From contig CALXLD010000001.1 of the NCBI GenBank assembly GCA_944389105.1, positions 1,209 through 65,208 of the forward strand: 64,000 nucleotides of DNA, in the 5' to 3' direction. Position numbers and translations under genes: made by a program. Of this stretch, positions 56,455-64,000 are shown in pieces. Numbering within the stretch: the first letter of the stretch is position 1; each line of letters begins with the position of its first letter. The notes under the pieces were generated by a model. The model was not told the DNA's origin. It saw nothing but the letters and a program-made list of their open reading frames with translations, and ran no database searches. This stretch comes from an uncultured Spirochaetaceae bacterium. Its GTDB lineage: Bacteria > Spirochaetota > Spirochaetia > Sphaerochaetales > Sphaerochaetaceae.

Positions 56455-56507
56455 TCAGAATTATATTTTGATATGAAAATGATTTTCTTCTTTTGAATAT
56501 CATATTA

Positions 56508-56525
56508 TTGCAAACATATTTGCAA
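56508..56525. promoter_or_regulatory. 18-bp perfect palindrome TTGCAAA-CATA-TTTGCAA (candidate operator, Rex-box geometry)
   Basis: A perfect 7-4-7 inverted repeat lies in the AT-rich hydE-hydG spacer. An extra TTGCAAA half-site lies at 56568-56574. Confidence 0.3.
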
Positions 56526-56760
56526 TATTTTATATATCGTATATATACAAAATTCATATTATAAAAATTGCAAATAATTATATTTATCATTTAATAATTT
56601 GACTGTATACAGATAGAATATCAATGGATATTGATTGATACATAGATATTGGTAATTGAATCTGATTTCTGGTATCATTTTCTCATCCGAACGAGGCTAT
56701 GGCGACGGGAGGAGTATCTAACTAACTGAAGGGGAAGATGACTGACCCGAAGGAAGAATT

Positions 56761-58179
56761 ATGTACGACAGATATTCGATGGTTGCGGATGATTTCATCG
56801 ATGATGGTGAAATCAATGAGACACTTCGCTTTGCTGATGAGAACAAGCACAATAGGGAACTTATTTCATCGATAATCGAAAAAGCCAGGAATAGGAAGGG
56901 GCTTGAGCACAGAGAAGCTTCCGTTCTCCTTGCCTGTGATATACCGGATCTCAATGATGAAATCTATAAGCTTGCAGGGGAAATCAAGAAGGATTTCTAC
57001 GGGGATAGGATCGTCATGTTCGCTCCTCTTTATCTCTCCAATTACTGTGTGAATGGCTGCGTATACTGTCCCTACCATGCGAAGAACAAGCATATTGCCA
57101 GAAAGAAGCTGACACAGGCAGAGATCGTTGCGGAAGTCACGGCATTGCAGGATATGGGACATAAGCGGCTTGCACTGGAAACTGGGGAGGATCCGGTGAA
57201 CTGCCCGATTGATTATGTACTTGAGTCAATAAAGACAATCTATTCAATCAAGCATAAAAATGGAGCGATAAGGCGCGTTAATGTAAATATCGCGGCAACT
57301 ACTGTTGAGAACTACCGCAAGCTCAAGGAAGCGGGAATCGGGACATACATACTTTTCCAGGAGACTTACCACAAGGCAAGCTATCTTGAGCTTCACCCAA
57401 CAGGACCGAAGCATGATTATAACTATCATACGGAAGCCATGGACAGGGCAATGGAAGGCGGCATTGATGATGTTGGCTGCGGTGTTCTATTCGGTCTTGA
57501 ACGATATCGATATGAATTTGCCGGATTGCTGATGCATGCTGAGCACCTGGAGGCTGTTCATGGTGTCGGGCCGCATACGATTTCGGTTCCTCGGATAAAG
57601 CATGCTGATGATATAGATCCGAGTGCATTCGACAATGGTATTGATGACGAGACTTTTCTCAAGATCATTGCCTGCATAAGAATCGCCGTACCATACACAG
57701 GCATGATCATTTCAACGCGTGAAAGCAAGAGCGTCAGGGAAAAAGCGCTGAGATTGGGAATCTCACAGATATCAGGCGGGTCAAGGACTAGTGTCGGTGG
57801 CTATGTTGTTCCTGAAAGCGATGATGACAGCTCTGCGCAGTTTGATGTAAGTGATAACCGCTCTCTTGATGAGGTTGTGAAATGGCTGATGGATCTCGGC
57901 TACGTCCCGTCCTTCTGTACTGCGTGCTATAGAGAGGGCAGGACAGGGGATAGATTCATGTCGCTATGCAAATCAGGGCAGATACAGAACTGCTGTCTGC
58001 CAAATGCGCTCATGACGCTCAAGGAGTACCTGATGGATTATGCTTCTCCGGAAACCAGGGCTGTTGGTGAAAAAGTAATTCAGGAGCAGCTTCAGGAAAT
58101 CCCGAATCCGAGGACAAGGGAAGTGACTGGACGCCATATTGCGGATATCGAGAATGGAGAGAGGGATTTCCGTTTCTGA
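56761..58179 (+). CDS. hydG: [FeFe]-hydrogenase H-cluster radical SAM maturase HydG (tyrosine lyase)
   Basis: SNYCVNGCVYCPYH CX3CX2C motif. The C-terminal auxiliary cluster motif is FCTACYREGRTGDRFMSLCKSG. The length is 472 aa. Confidence 0.9.
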   Translation: MYDRYSMVADDFIDDGEINETLRFADENKHNRELISSIIEKARNRKGLEHREASVLLACDIPDLNDEIYKLAGEIKKDFYGDRIVMFAPLYLSNYCVNGCVYCPYHAKNKHIARKKLTQAEIVAEVTALQDMGHKRLALETGEDPVNCPIDYVLESIKTIYSIKHKNGAIRRVNVNIAATTVENYRKLKEAGIGTYILFQETYHKASYLELHPTGPKHDYNYHTEAMDRAMEGGIDDVGCGVLFGLERYRYEFAGLLMHAEHLEAVHGVGPHTISVPRIKHADDIDPSAFDNGIDDETFLKIIACIRIAVPYTGMIISTRESKSVREKALRLGISQISGGSRTSVGGYVVPESDDDSSAQFDVSDNRSLDEVVKWLMDLGYVPSFCTACYREGRTGDRFMSLCKSGQIQNCCLPNALMTLKEYLMDYASPETRAVGEKVIQEQLQEIPNPRTREVTGRHIADIENGERDFRF

Positions 58180-58193
58180 TTTAGGGTAGAAGA

Positions 58194-59420
58194 ATGAATG
58201 CAGCACCATCTTCCGAAAGAATCCATATTTCATTTTTCGGCATGAGAAATGCCGGAAAGTCCAGTGTGATGAATAGGGTTATAGGGCAGGAGCTTTCTAT
58301 AGTCTCCAGCAAGAAAGGTACGACTACCGATCCTGTGAGAAAGTCAATGGAACTTCTTCCAATCGGTCCTGTTGTCATGATTGATACTCCTGGTCTGGAT
58401 GACGAAGGAGAGCTTGGCGAACTCAGAATAAGGAAAGCGAAGCGGGAACTTGTAAGGACGGATGCTGCTGTTGTAGTAGCTGAAGCAGGTGAAAGACTGA
58501 ATGATTTACTGATAAACCTGATAAATACAATCCGTAATAGGAATATTCCTTATGTAATATGTGTCAATAAAATTGATACCGCGGCTAATACTGAAGGAAT
58601 CCTGAAGGACCTGGAGAATCTTGGGATAGGCAGAGAATCCATTTCCCTTGTCAGTGCAATTACCGGAGAAGGCATAAACGATCTCAAAAAGAGCATTGCA
58701 AAAGCCATAGGGACAGAAGAAGCAAGACCTATAGTACGGGATCTTTTCTCTCCAGGGGACACTGTGATGCTGGTAATCCCAGTTGACAAGGCTGCTCCAA
58801 AAGGAAGACTTATCCTGCCGCAGCAGCAAAGCATAAGAGACATACTTGATGGTGATGGAAGAGTCCTTGCTGTAAAGGAAGGGGATGTTGCTTCTTCCTT
58901 GTCGCTCCTTTCAGCGCCGCCAAGACTTGTCATAACAGACAGCCAGGCTTTCGGTACCGTTGCAAAGCAGGTTCCGGAGAGCATCCCGCTGACATCATTT
59001 TCCATCCTCTTTGCCCGATATAAAGGCAATCTTGAAAGTGCTGTGAAGGGGATTTCACAGCTGAGAAAGCTTAAGGGAGGGGAGAGCATACTCATTTCTG
59101 AAGGATGCACCCATCACAGGCAGTGCGGGGATATCGGGACGGTGAAGATACCGCGATGGATAAAGGAGTACACAGGAAAGGAGTTTGAATACTCCTTCTC
59201 TTCAGGAACTGAATTCACGGAGAATCCGGAAAAGTACTCCCTGATAATCCACTGCGGTGGATGCATGCTTACGGAAAGGGAGATGAGATACCGCTACAGA
59301 GAAGCGGAGGAGAGCGGTACTGCAATTACCAATTACGGTATACTTATTGCAGCTGTCCACGGGATACTTCCCCGTTCGCTCTCCCTTTTCCCTGATATTC
59401 TTTCCTATCTGCAGCGGTAG
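58194..59420 (+). CDS. hydF: [FeFe]-hydrogenase H-cluster maturation GTPase HydF
   Basis: G1 is FGMRNAGKSS, G3 is DTPG, and G4 is NKID. The C-terminal cluster ligands are EGCTHH...IIHCGGCM. Confidence 0.9.
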   Translation: MNAAPSSERIHISFFGMRNAGKSSVMNRVIGQELSIVSSKKGTTTDPVRKSMELLPIGPVVMIDTPGLDDEGELGELRIRKAKRELVRTDAAVVVAEAGERLNDLLINLINTIRNRNIPYVICVNKIDTAANTEGILKDLENLGIGRESISLVSAITGEGINDLKKSIAKAIGTEEARPIVRDLFSPGDTVMLVIPVDKAAPKGRLILPQQQSIRDILDGDGRVLAVKEGDVASSLSLLSAPPRLVITDSQAFGTVAKQVPESIPLTSFSILFARYKGNLESAVKGISQLRKLKGGESILISEGCTHHRQCGDIGTVKIPRWIKEYTGKEFEYSFSSGTEFTENPEKYSLIIHCGGCMLTEREMRYRYREAEESGTAITNYGILIAAVHGILPRSLSLFPDILSYLQR

Positions 59421-60193
59421 ACGAAGATCGATGAATTCCCTGAGCTGTAGCGCTTCATCTCATATAGTTCGGGGAATGCTTTTATCATATCTGAAAGCTT
59501 TGAGAATCCATAGGTTTTTGTGTTGAATTCAGGCTTTACGCGCTTTATATAATTCCCTGCCGCCGTAAGCGGAGTAAAGCCATCATCATCCTGGAATTTC
59601 TCGTAGGCGATTCTGACAAGATTGTGTATTTCCGCGATATCCGCATCGAAGTATTCCAGATGGAACTTTACTGGCTCATCGTTTCGTTTTCCGCTCTTTG
59701 TGCTCTTCTTCTCTTTCTGTATCTGGGGTTTCCTGTCATTCTCCGATGAATCCAGATACTCAAGGTAGATAAAGTCATCGCAGGCGGAGCAGAATGCTTC
59801 CGGTGTTTTCTTTTCACCGACTCCGATAACGTATATTCCCGATTCCTTCAGCCTGACTGCAAGCGGCGTGAAATCACTATCCGAGGAGACAATGACGAAG
59901 GCATCGTACATTTCCGTATTCAGAAGATCCATTGCATCTATTACGATGGCAATATCCGTAGTATTCTTTCCTGCAACATAATCGAACTGCTGTTCAGCTT
60001 TTATTGCAAGCCTTTTGATTTCATCTTCCCACTTTGCGAGAAGTCTTTTCTTCCAGTTTCCATAGGCTTTCTTTACGACAATGCGCCCATAGGCAGAGAC
60101 TTCATGAAGCACAGCCTCAAGTTTTGTCAGCTGCGTATTGTCCGCATCTATGAGAACGACCATTTTCTGGAATTCACCGGTTTCTGTATTCAT
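59405..60193 (-). CDS. NYN-domain (LabA-like) protein with C-terminal OST-HTH/LOTUS domain
   Basis: VVLIDADN, YGRIVVKKAYGNW and FVIVSSDSDFTPLAVRLKESGIYVIGVG indicate a NYN/PIN-like nuclease fold. The C-terminal FTPLTAAGNYIKRVKPEFNTKTYGFSKLSDMIKAFPELYE resembles LOTUS. Confidence 0.8.
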   Translation of the reverse strand: MNTETGEFQKMVVLIDADNTQLTKLEAVLHEVSAYGRIVVKKAYGNWKKRLLAKWEDEIKRLAIKAEQQFDYVAGKNTTDIAIVIDAMDLLNTEMYDAFVIVSSDSDFTPLAVRLKESGIYVIGVGEKKTPEAFCSACDDFIYLEYLDSSENDRKPQIQKEKKSTKSGKRNDEPVKFHLEYFDADIAEIHNLVRIAYEKFQDDDGFTPLTAAGNYIKRVKPEFNTKTYGFSKLSDMIKAFPELYEMKRYSSGNSSIFVYRCR

Positions 60194-60332
60194 GATCTGA
60201 ATATAGCATCCAAACAGCGGACAGTGAAAGAGGCGGAAAGGTATGTAAGTTCCGCTTAATTATCATATATTTCATTATATTATAAGATTATCAGGTCTAT
60301 ATAAGAAGTAGCTTTATACTACTTAGCAATAT

Positions 60333-60377
60333 GTATTTCCTGTAAAGTAAGGAGTGCTTATATAATACAGGAAATAC
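60333..60377 (-). terminator. 12-bp perfect stem-loop immediately after the GNAT gene
   Basis: GTATTTCCTGTA (60333-44) pairs with TACAGGAAATAC (60366-77), with a 21-nt loop. It starts 3 nt past the stop codon. There is no clear U-tract, so its function as a terminator is uncertain. Confidence 0.4.
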
Positions 60378-60379
60378 AA

Positions 60380-60856
60380 TCAGCGCATCTCCTCAGGAGT
60401 CTTGCCCGCAAGTCTGTAGACGGTCCAGTCCGTCATCGCCTCTGCACCCAGCCTTCTATAGAACTCTATTGAAGGTGTGTTGGAGTCAAGGCACCACCAT
60501 TCGACTCTTCCGCAGTCCCTTCCCCGTGCAATCCTTCTGATCTCTTCAATTGTGGCTTTCCCGTAGCCTTTCCCTCTGTATTCTTTTCTGATGTAGAGGT
60601 CCTCGATGTAGATTCCCGGTTTGCCGAGGAATGTCGAGAAATTATGGAAAAAGAGCACGAATCCGGCTTCCGTTGCTCCTGCCATCGGGAATATGACTTC
60701 TGCCATCTGCCTCTCAAAGAGATTGTGCAAGAGCGTAGCTTCATCTGCGATGACTTCATCCAATAGCCCTTCATATTCAGCCAGTTCCCTGATCATTGAA
60801 AGAATCAGGGGAACATCCTTTTCTTCTGCTTTCTTGAAAGTGATCATATGCTCCAT
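60380..60856 (-). CDS. GNAT family N-acetyltransferase (diamine/polyamine acetyltransferase-like)
   Basis: IYIEDLYIRKEYRGKGYGKATIEEIRRIA matches the R/Q-x-x-G-x-G/A acetyl-CoA motif. The overall layout is SSAT-like. Confidence 0.8.
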   Translation of the reverse strand: MEHMITFKKAEEKDVPLILSMIRELAEYEGLLDEVIADEATLLHNLFERQMAEVIFPMAGATEAGFVLFFHNFSTFLGKPGIYIEDLYIRKEYRGKGYGKATIEEIRRIARGRDCGRVEWWCLDSNTPSIEFYRRLGAEAMTDWTVYRLAGKTPEEMR

Positions 60857-60867
60857 AGAATAAAATA

Positions 60868-60891
60868 TGCAGGAGCTTTTACGCTCCTGCA
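60868..60891 (-). terminator. intrinsic terminator after pfp
   Basis: On the minus strand, TGCAGGAGC-GTAAAA-GCTCCTGCA is followed by ATATTTTATT. It lies 5 nt after the pfp stop. Confidence 0.7.
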
Positions 60892-60895
60892 GTGA

Positions 60896-62554
60896 TCAGT
60901 CGCCGTTTTCCAGCTCCAGCGTCAGCGTTGTTTTATCCGCAATTTCCGCTGGACCGAAATACTGGATGGCACCGGGGTAGGTATAGCATGTTTCTCTTGC
61001 CCAATGCTCACGGTTTTTCTCGAAGAACCTGAAAGGTCTGCCATCAAGATCAACAAGGGCTTTCTTTATTACAGGCTTATCTTCTCCTCCGCGTCTTTCA
61101 ATATCCATCATCTTCGTTATCGGCATTCCTCCGGCTTTCCATTCATCGATGCCCTTTGCCAGTCCTCTTATTGATGAAAGATAGCCCGTATAGCCATAGC
61201 TGATAAGCAGGTATGCCGTGTAGCCGAGCGAATAACAGTAGTCGGAATCGAAGTTGGAAGGGAATGCAGCTCGTCCTTCGTAACCGAAGAAGTGATGCAT
61301 CGGACTGAATCTGCCGTTGTATTTTCCTTCCTGCTTTCTCTTGTTCAGCCTGTTTCTGACGATTGTGGAGAGAAGCTTTTCCGTCTCTATTCTTGACACC
61401 TGGACATTTCCATGGGGATCCCTATCCATCAGAAGCTGTTCCTGGATGTCGAGAGGAAGAAGATTGAAGACCTTCATTGATTCAACTGAAAGCGCTGCGG
61501 TAAGAAATCCGAGTTTCTCGTCCCATGTTGGGAGTTTTGTAAATCTTTCTCCACGCTTGGCGAGCGTTTCATTGATTTCCTCTATAAGCATCTTGACTTC
61601 CGGTACGAATTCAATAAGACCTTCAGGGACAATCACGACACCGAAGTCAGAGCCAAGGGTAGACCGGGCAACAACACTGTCTGCGATATAATCTGCAATA
61701 GCCGTAAGCCCCATTTCCTTTTTCTCGACTTCCTCTGAGACGATGCAGATATTCGGATGTGTCTGAAGTGCGCATTCAAGTGCAATGTGAGATGCTGAAC
61801 GGCCCATGAGCTTGATGAAATGCCAGTACTTTTTTGCACTGTTTGCGTCGCGTTCAACATTTCCGATGAGTTCTGAATAAGTCTTGGTTGCTGTATCGAA
61901 GCCGAACGATACTTCTATATCATCATTTTTCAGGTCCCCATCGATGGTTTTCGGACATCCGATTACCTGGACAGGAACGCTGTTTGCCTTGAAATACTCA
62001 GCAAGGACAGCTGCATTGGTATTCGAATCATCCCCGCCGATGATGACAATGGCATCCATTCCATGCTTCTTTGCCACTTCGGCAACGACCTTGAACTGTT
62101 CTTCCTTTTCAAGCTTTGTGCGTCCTGAACCTATCATATCGAAGCCGCCGGTATTGCGGTATTTGTCGATAGTTTCGCCTGTAAGGGTTATGTAGTTATC
62201 ATCGATAAGGCCGGAAGGACCGCCTTTGAAGCCCAGAAGGACACTTTCCTCGTTATCTTCTTTGAGGGCATCATAGAGACCTGCGATGACATTATGGCCA
62301 CCGGGTGCCTGTCCGCCGGAAAGAATTACGCCGACAATATGCTTCTTTTTTTCAGCTGTGCTTGCTCCGTCGACGAAGTAGACCTCATTCATTCCATATG
62401 TATTCGGAAATAGGGATGCTATCTTTTCTTTGTCGGAAGCGGCCTCAGTTCTGTCTCCTTCCTTTACCGTGATGCCTTTTACACCCACGCGAAGCATTTT
62501 AGGAAGCTTCGGTTTGTATTCGTATCTCGCTTTCTGAAGCGGTGATATGTCCAT
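60896..62554 (-). CDS. pfp: diphosphate--fructose-6-phosphate 1-phosphotransferase (PPi-PFK, long form)
   Basis: 552 aa with [37 protein letters not shown] and [11 protein letters not shown]. These are typical of the PPi-dependent clade (GGDD, with K in PKTIDGD). Confidence 0.9.
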   Translation of the reverse strand: MDISPLQKARYEYKPKLPKMLRVGVKGITVKEGDRTEAASDKEKIASLFPNTYGMNEVYFVDGASTAEKKKHIVGVILSGGQAPGGHNVIAGLYDALKEDNEESVLLGFKGGPSGLIDDNYITLTGETIDKYRNTGGFDMIGSGRTKLEKEEQFKVVAEVAKKHGMDAIVIIGGDDSNTNAAVLAEYFKANSVPVQVIGCPKTIDGDLKNDDIEVSFGFDTATKTYSELIGNVERDANSAKKYWHFIKLMGRSASHIALECALQTHPNICIVSEEVEKKEMGLTAIADYIADSVVARSTLGSDFGVVIVPEGLIEFVPEVKMLIEEINETLAKRGERFTKLPTWDEKLGFLTAALSVESMKVFNLLPLDIQEQLLMDRDPHGNVQVSRIETEKLLSTIVRNRLNKRKQEGKYNGRFSPMHHFFGYEGRAAFPSNFDSDYCYSLGYTAYLLISYGYTGYLSSIRGLAKGIDEWKAGGMPITKMMDIERRGGEDKPVIKKALVDLDGRPFRFFEKNREHWARETCYTYPGAIQYFGPAEIADKTTLTLELENGD

Positions 62555-62647
62555 CTGTTACCTCCTCTCGATAATAGTTTATTTCATCTGGTGCTGAAAT
62601 TCTAGGATATATGGAGGCTTTGATAGCTTTCTGGTACACTCATTTCC

Positions 62648-63193
62648 ATGATCAGACTGTACATCGATGCAGATTCGCTTCCTGCAAGGCAGCTTGAAAT
62701 AGTGCTTCGGAGGATAATCAGAAAAGGCTATGAGGCATGGTTTGTTGCCGATAGGTCAGTTCCTGCTGTTCTCAGGGCGATAGAAGAGGACAAAAGGATA
62801 AGAAGAGCTGCTTTCCGTGATACGCTCACAAGGGAAGAAGCAAGGAAGATCGGATCCGGGATAGAGATGGTGGTTGTCGAAAGCGGTGCAGACAGCGCAG
62901 ATGACCGGATTGCTGAAATAGCTATTGCACCGGCATTGGCAATTACCCATGATATACCTCTTTCCGAGCGGCTTATCAGAAAGGGTCTTACTGTAATCGA
63001 TGATAGAGGCAATACCCTTACGAAAGAGAACATAAGGGAAAGAATGTCCGAGCGTGACAACAATGCAAGATTCAGGGAGATGGGCCTTTTCGATAATAAA
63101 TCAAAACGGTTTGATGAAAGAACGATCCGGGATTTCTCTGCAGCATTCGACAAGGCAATCAATTCTCTTGAAAATGCTTCCGGTATTCTCTAG
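62648..63193 (+). CDS. YaiI/YqxD family protein (UPF0178/DUF188)
   Basis: MIRLYIDADSLPARQLEIVLRRI...VESGADSADDRIAE is typical of UPF0178. Confidence 0.8.
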   Translation: MIRLYIDADSLPARQLEIVLRRIIRKGYEAWFVADRSVPAVLRAIEEDKRIRRAAFRDTLTREEARKIGSGIEMVVVESGADSADDRIAEIAIAPALAITHDIPLSERLIRKGLTVIDDRGNTLTKENIRERMSERDNNARFREMGLFDNKSKRFDERTIRDFSAAFDKAINSLENASGIL

Positions 63194-64000
63194 GGCTCAT
63201 TCCTTCATAGCTGGAGAAAGATGCGGAGAATAGGGAAGAGCTGGAGAAGCCTACGGATTCCGCGATTTCATGTATAGTTGATGTGCTTGTGGAGAGGAGC
63301 GTCTTTGCATGCTCCATCTTCATTGCCCGTACTCTTTCTCCTGGTGACTGGTCATAGTATGCCCTGCATAGTCTTGTCAGATGCGATCTGCTGCAGTTCA
63401 TGATTCTGCAAAGTTCTTCAACGGTCCATGTATTCTCAAGATGCTGCGACACGGTGTTCCAGAGATCTGTCATCTGGGCTTTATGCCCTCTTTCGATGCC
63501 ATCGCTTGCTGTTTTCAGTATTCTTCTTACCGTATGCGTGAATAGCTTTGAAGCCAGAGAGAACGACATCGTATCTGAATTGCTTCCTGAGAGATCCTCT
63601 TTTATGATTATCCTGATCAATTCCCTCAGCAGTGCCGATGAATCGAATCTGATTATCTTGTAATCAAAGCTGGGGAATGGAAGCAGCAGCGATGAAGGGG
63701 TGAGCATAAACCATATATGTTCAAATGGCTCAGGTCCCAGTGTTTCTTCTCTGTGTCCTTGCCCTTCGGGCCCTGATATAAAAGCATCTCCTTTTTCAAG
63801 TATCAGCTCCTTCCCGTCCTCAAGTGTGATCCTTCCTTTTCCAGAGAAAGTCAGGACAACGATGGTGAAGCCTTTCTTTCTTATTCTTTCGACCCAGAAA
63901 TCAGTATCGAGGATGCCATATCCTCCTTGCTTTATATCCGCTATGGTGAATTCCGTGCTTTTGAGGATTGAGGAGCTGAGATGCCACTGCTCAAAACGCC
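63159..64000 (-). CDS. AraC family transcriptional regulator (cupin-like N-domain plus AraC HTH), 5' end beyond the window
   Basis: The C-terminal HTHs are WTVEELCRIMNCSRSHLTRLCRAYY and IHEIAESVGFSSSSLFSASFSSYEGMSPREYR. The same frame stays open upstream of the ORF-track Met (63707) through to nt 64000 (...FSGKGRITLEDGKELILEKGDAFISGPEG...). The gene is therefore truncated by the window edge. Confidence 0.8.
   Translation of the reverse strand, partial: RFEQWHLSSSILKSTEFTIADIKQGGYGILDTDFWVERIRKKGFTIVVLTFSGKGRITLEDGKELILEKGDAFISGPEGQGHREETLGPEPFEHIWFMLTPSSLLLPFPSFDYKIIRFDSSALLRELIRIIIKEDLSGSNSDTMSFSLASKLFTHTVRRILKTASDGIERGHKAQMTDLWNTVSQHLENTWTVEELCRIMNCSRSHLTRLCRAYYDQSPGERVRAMKMEHAKTLLSTSTSTIHEIAESVGFSSSSLFSASFSSYEGMSPREYRKHFQEN

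Noticed and set aside
56620-56635. ATCAAT-GGAT-ATTGAT as an FNR/CRP box
   Set aside because: The half-site orientation is inverted relative to the FNR consensus TTGAT-N4-ATCAA. In DNA this AT-rich, such a 6-4-6 palindrome may arise by chance. It is mentioned only as part of the spacer finding.
56640-56760. Possible riboswitch or T-box in the GC-normal leader of hydG
   Set aside because: I compared it by eye with the core motifs of SAM-I/II, glycine, THF, ZTP, c-di-GMP, preQ1, guanidine and fluoride riboswitches and with the T-box (AGGGUGGNACCGCG). None matched, and I found no convincing multi-helix fold. It is left as an unclassified leader.
56738-56875. 45-codon upstream ORF (MTDPKEELCTTDIRW...) overlapping the hydG start out of frame
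   Set aside because: The SD-like GAAGGGG is only 3-4 nt from its ATG. The peptide has no recognisable features and overlaps 115 nt of hydG. It is most likely fortuitous. I cannot exclude a regulatory uORF without ribosome profiling.

Overview
This is a dense 64-kb chromosomal window of roughly mid-40s % GC by eye. I call about 60 protein-coding genes. I found no rRNA, tRNA, CRISPR array, transposase or integrase. All product calls come from reading the supplied translations for family motifs; no database search was run.

Gene content points to an anaerobic spirochaete of the Treponema or Sphaerochaeta type. The supporting genes are a long-form PPi-phosphofructokinase, desulfoferrodoxin, D-lactate dehydrogenase, the [FeFe]-hydrogenase maturases, many lipobox proteins, and tig-clpP-clpX. 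This taxonomic guess is inference only.

Gene order, left to right:
- Carbamate-kinase 3' fragment and a DUF4105-like membrane protein.
- recO-recJ-rpsU.
- Three envelope proteins.
- serA-serC-asnC.
- A DHOD-like protein, an acyltransferase and a lipoprotein.
- mutL, translationally coupled to a 1133-aa outer-membrane-like repeat protein.
- A TtcA-like PP-loop protein and an HD hydrolase.
- pepF, rdgB, an atypical sigma-like protein and nrnA.
- clpX-clpP-tig.
- A DUF3798-type ABC transporter operon.
- A sigma factor, a GNAT, kdgK and dfx, then ldhA.
- A lipoprotein and an extended rarA.
- An 8-gene sugar ABC plus 2x Gfo/Idh/MocA plus 2x TIM-barrel plus LacI locus.
- trkH-trkA.
- A beta-eliminating lyase and a TetR regulator.
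- A purine-riboswitch-like leader, a guanine-deaminase-like gene, TM1266 and hydE, then a 306-bp AT-rich spacer and hydG-hydF.
- An NYN/LOTUS protein, a GNAT, pfp, yaiI and a truncated araC-type gene.

The observations most worth follow-up are:
1. A purine-riboswitch-like aptamer, with an odd J3/1, heads an operon that joins a deaminase to hydrogenase-maturation genes.
2. A glycosidase-free sugar locus has an enzyme set that fits an oxidation, elimination, hydration and reduction route of glycoside cleavage.
3. A 15-bp SD-sequestering hairpin sits in front of an atypical sigma-like gene.
4. RarA carries a roughly 290-aa extra C-terminal domain.
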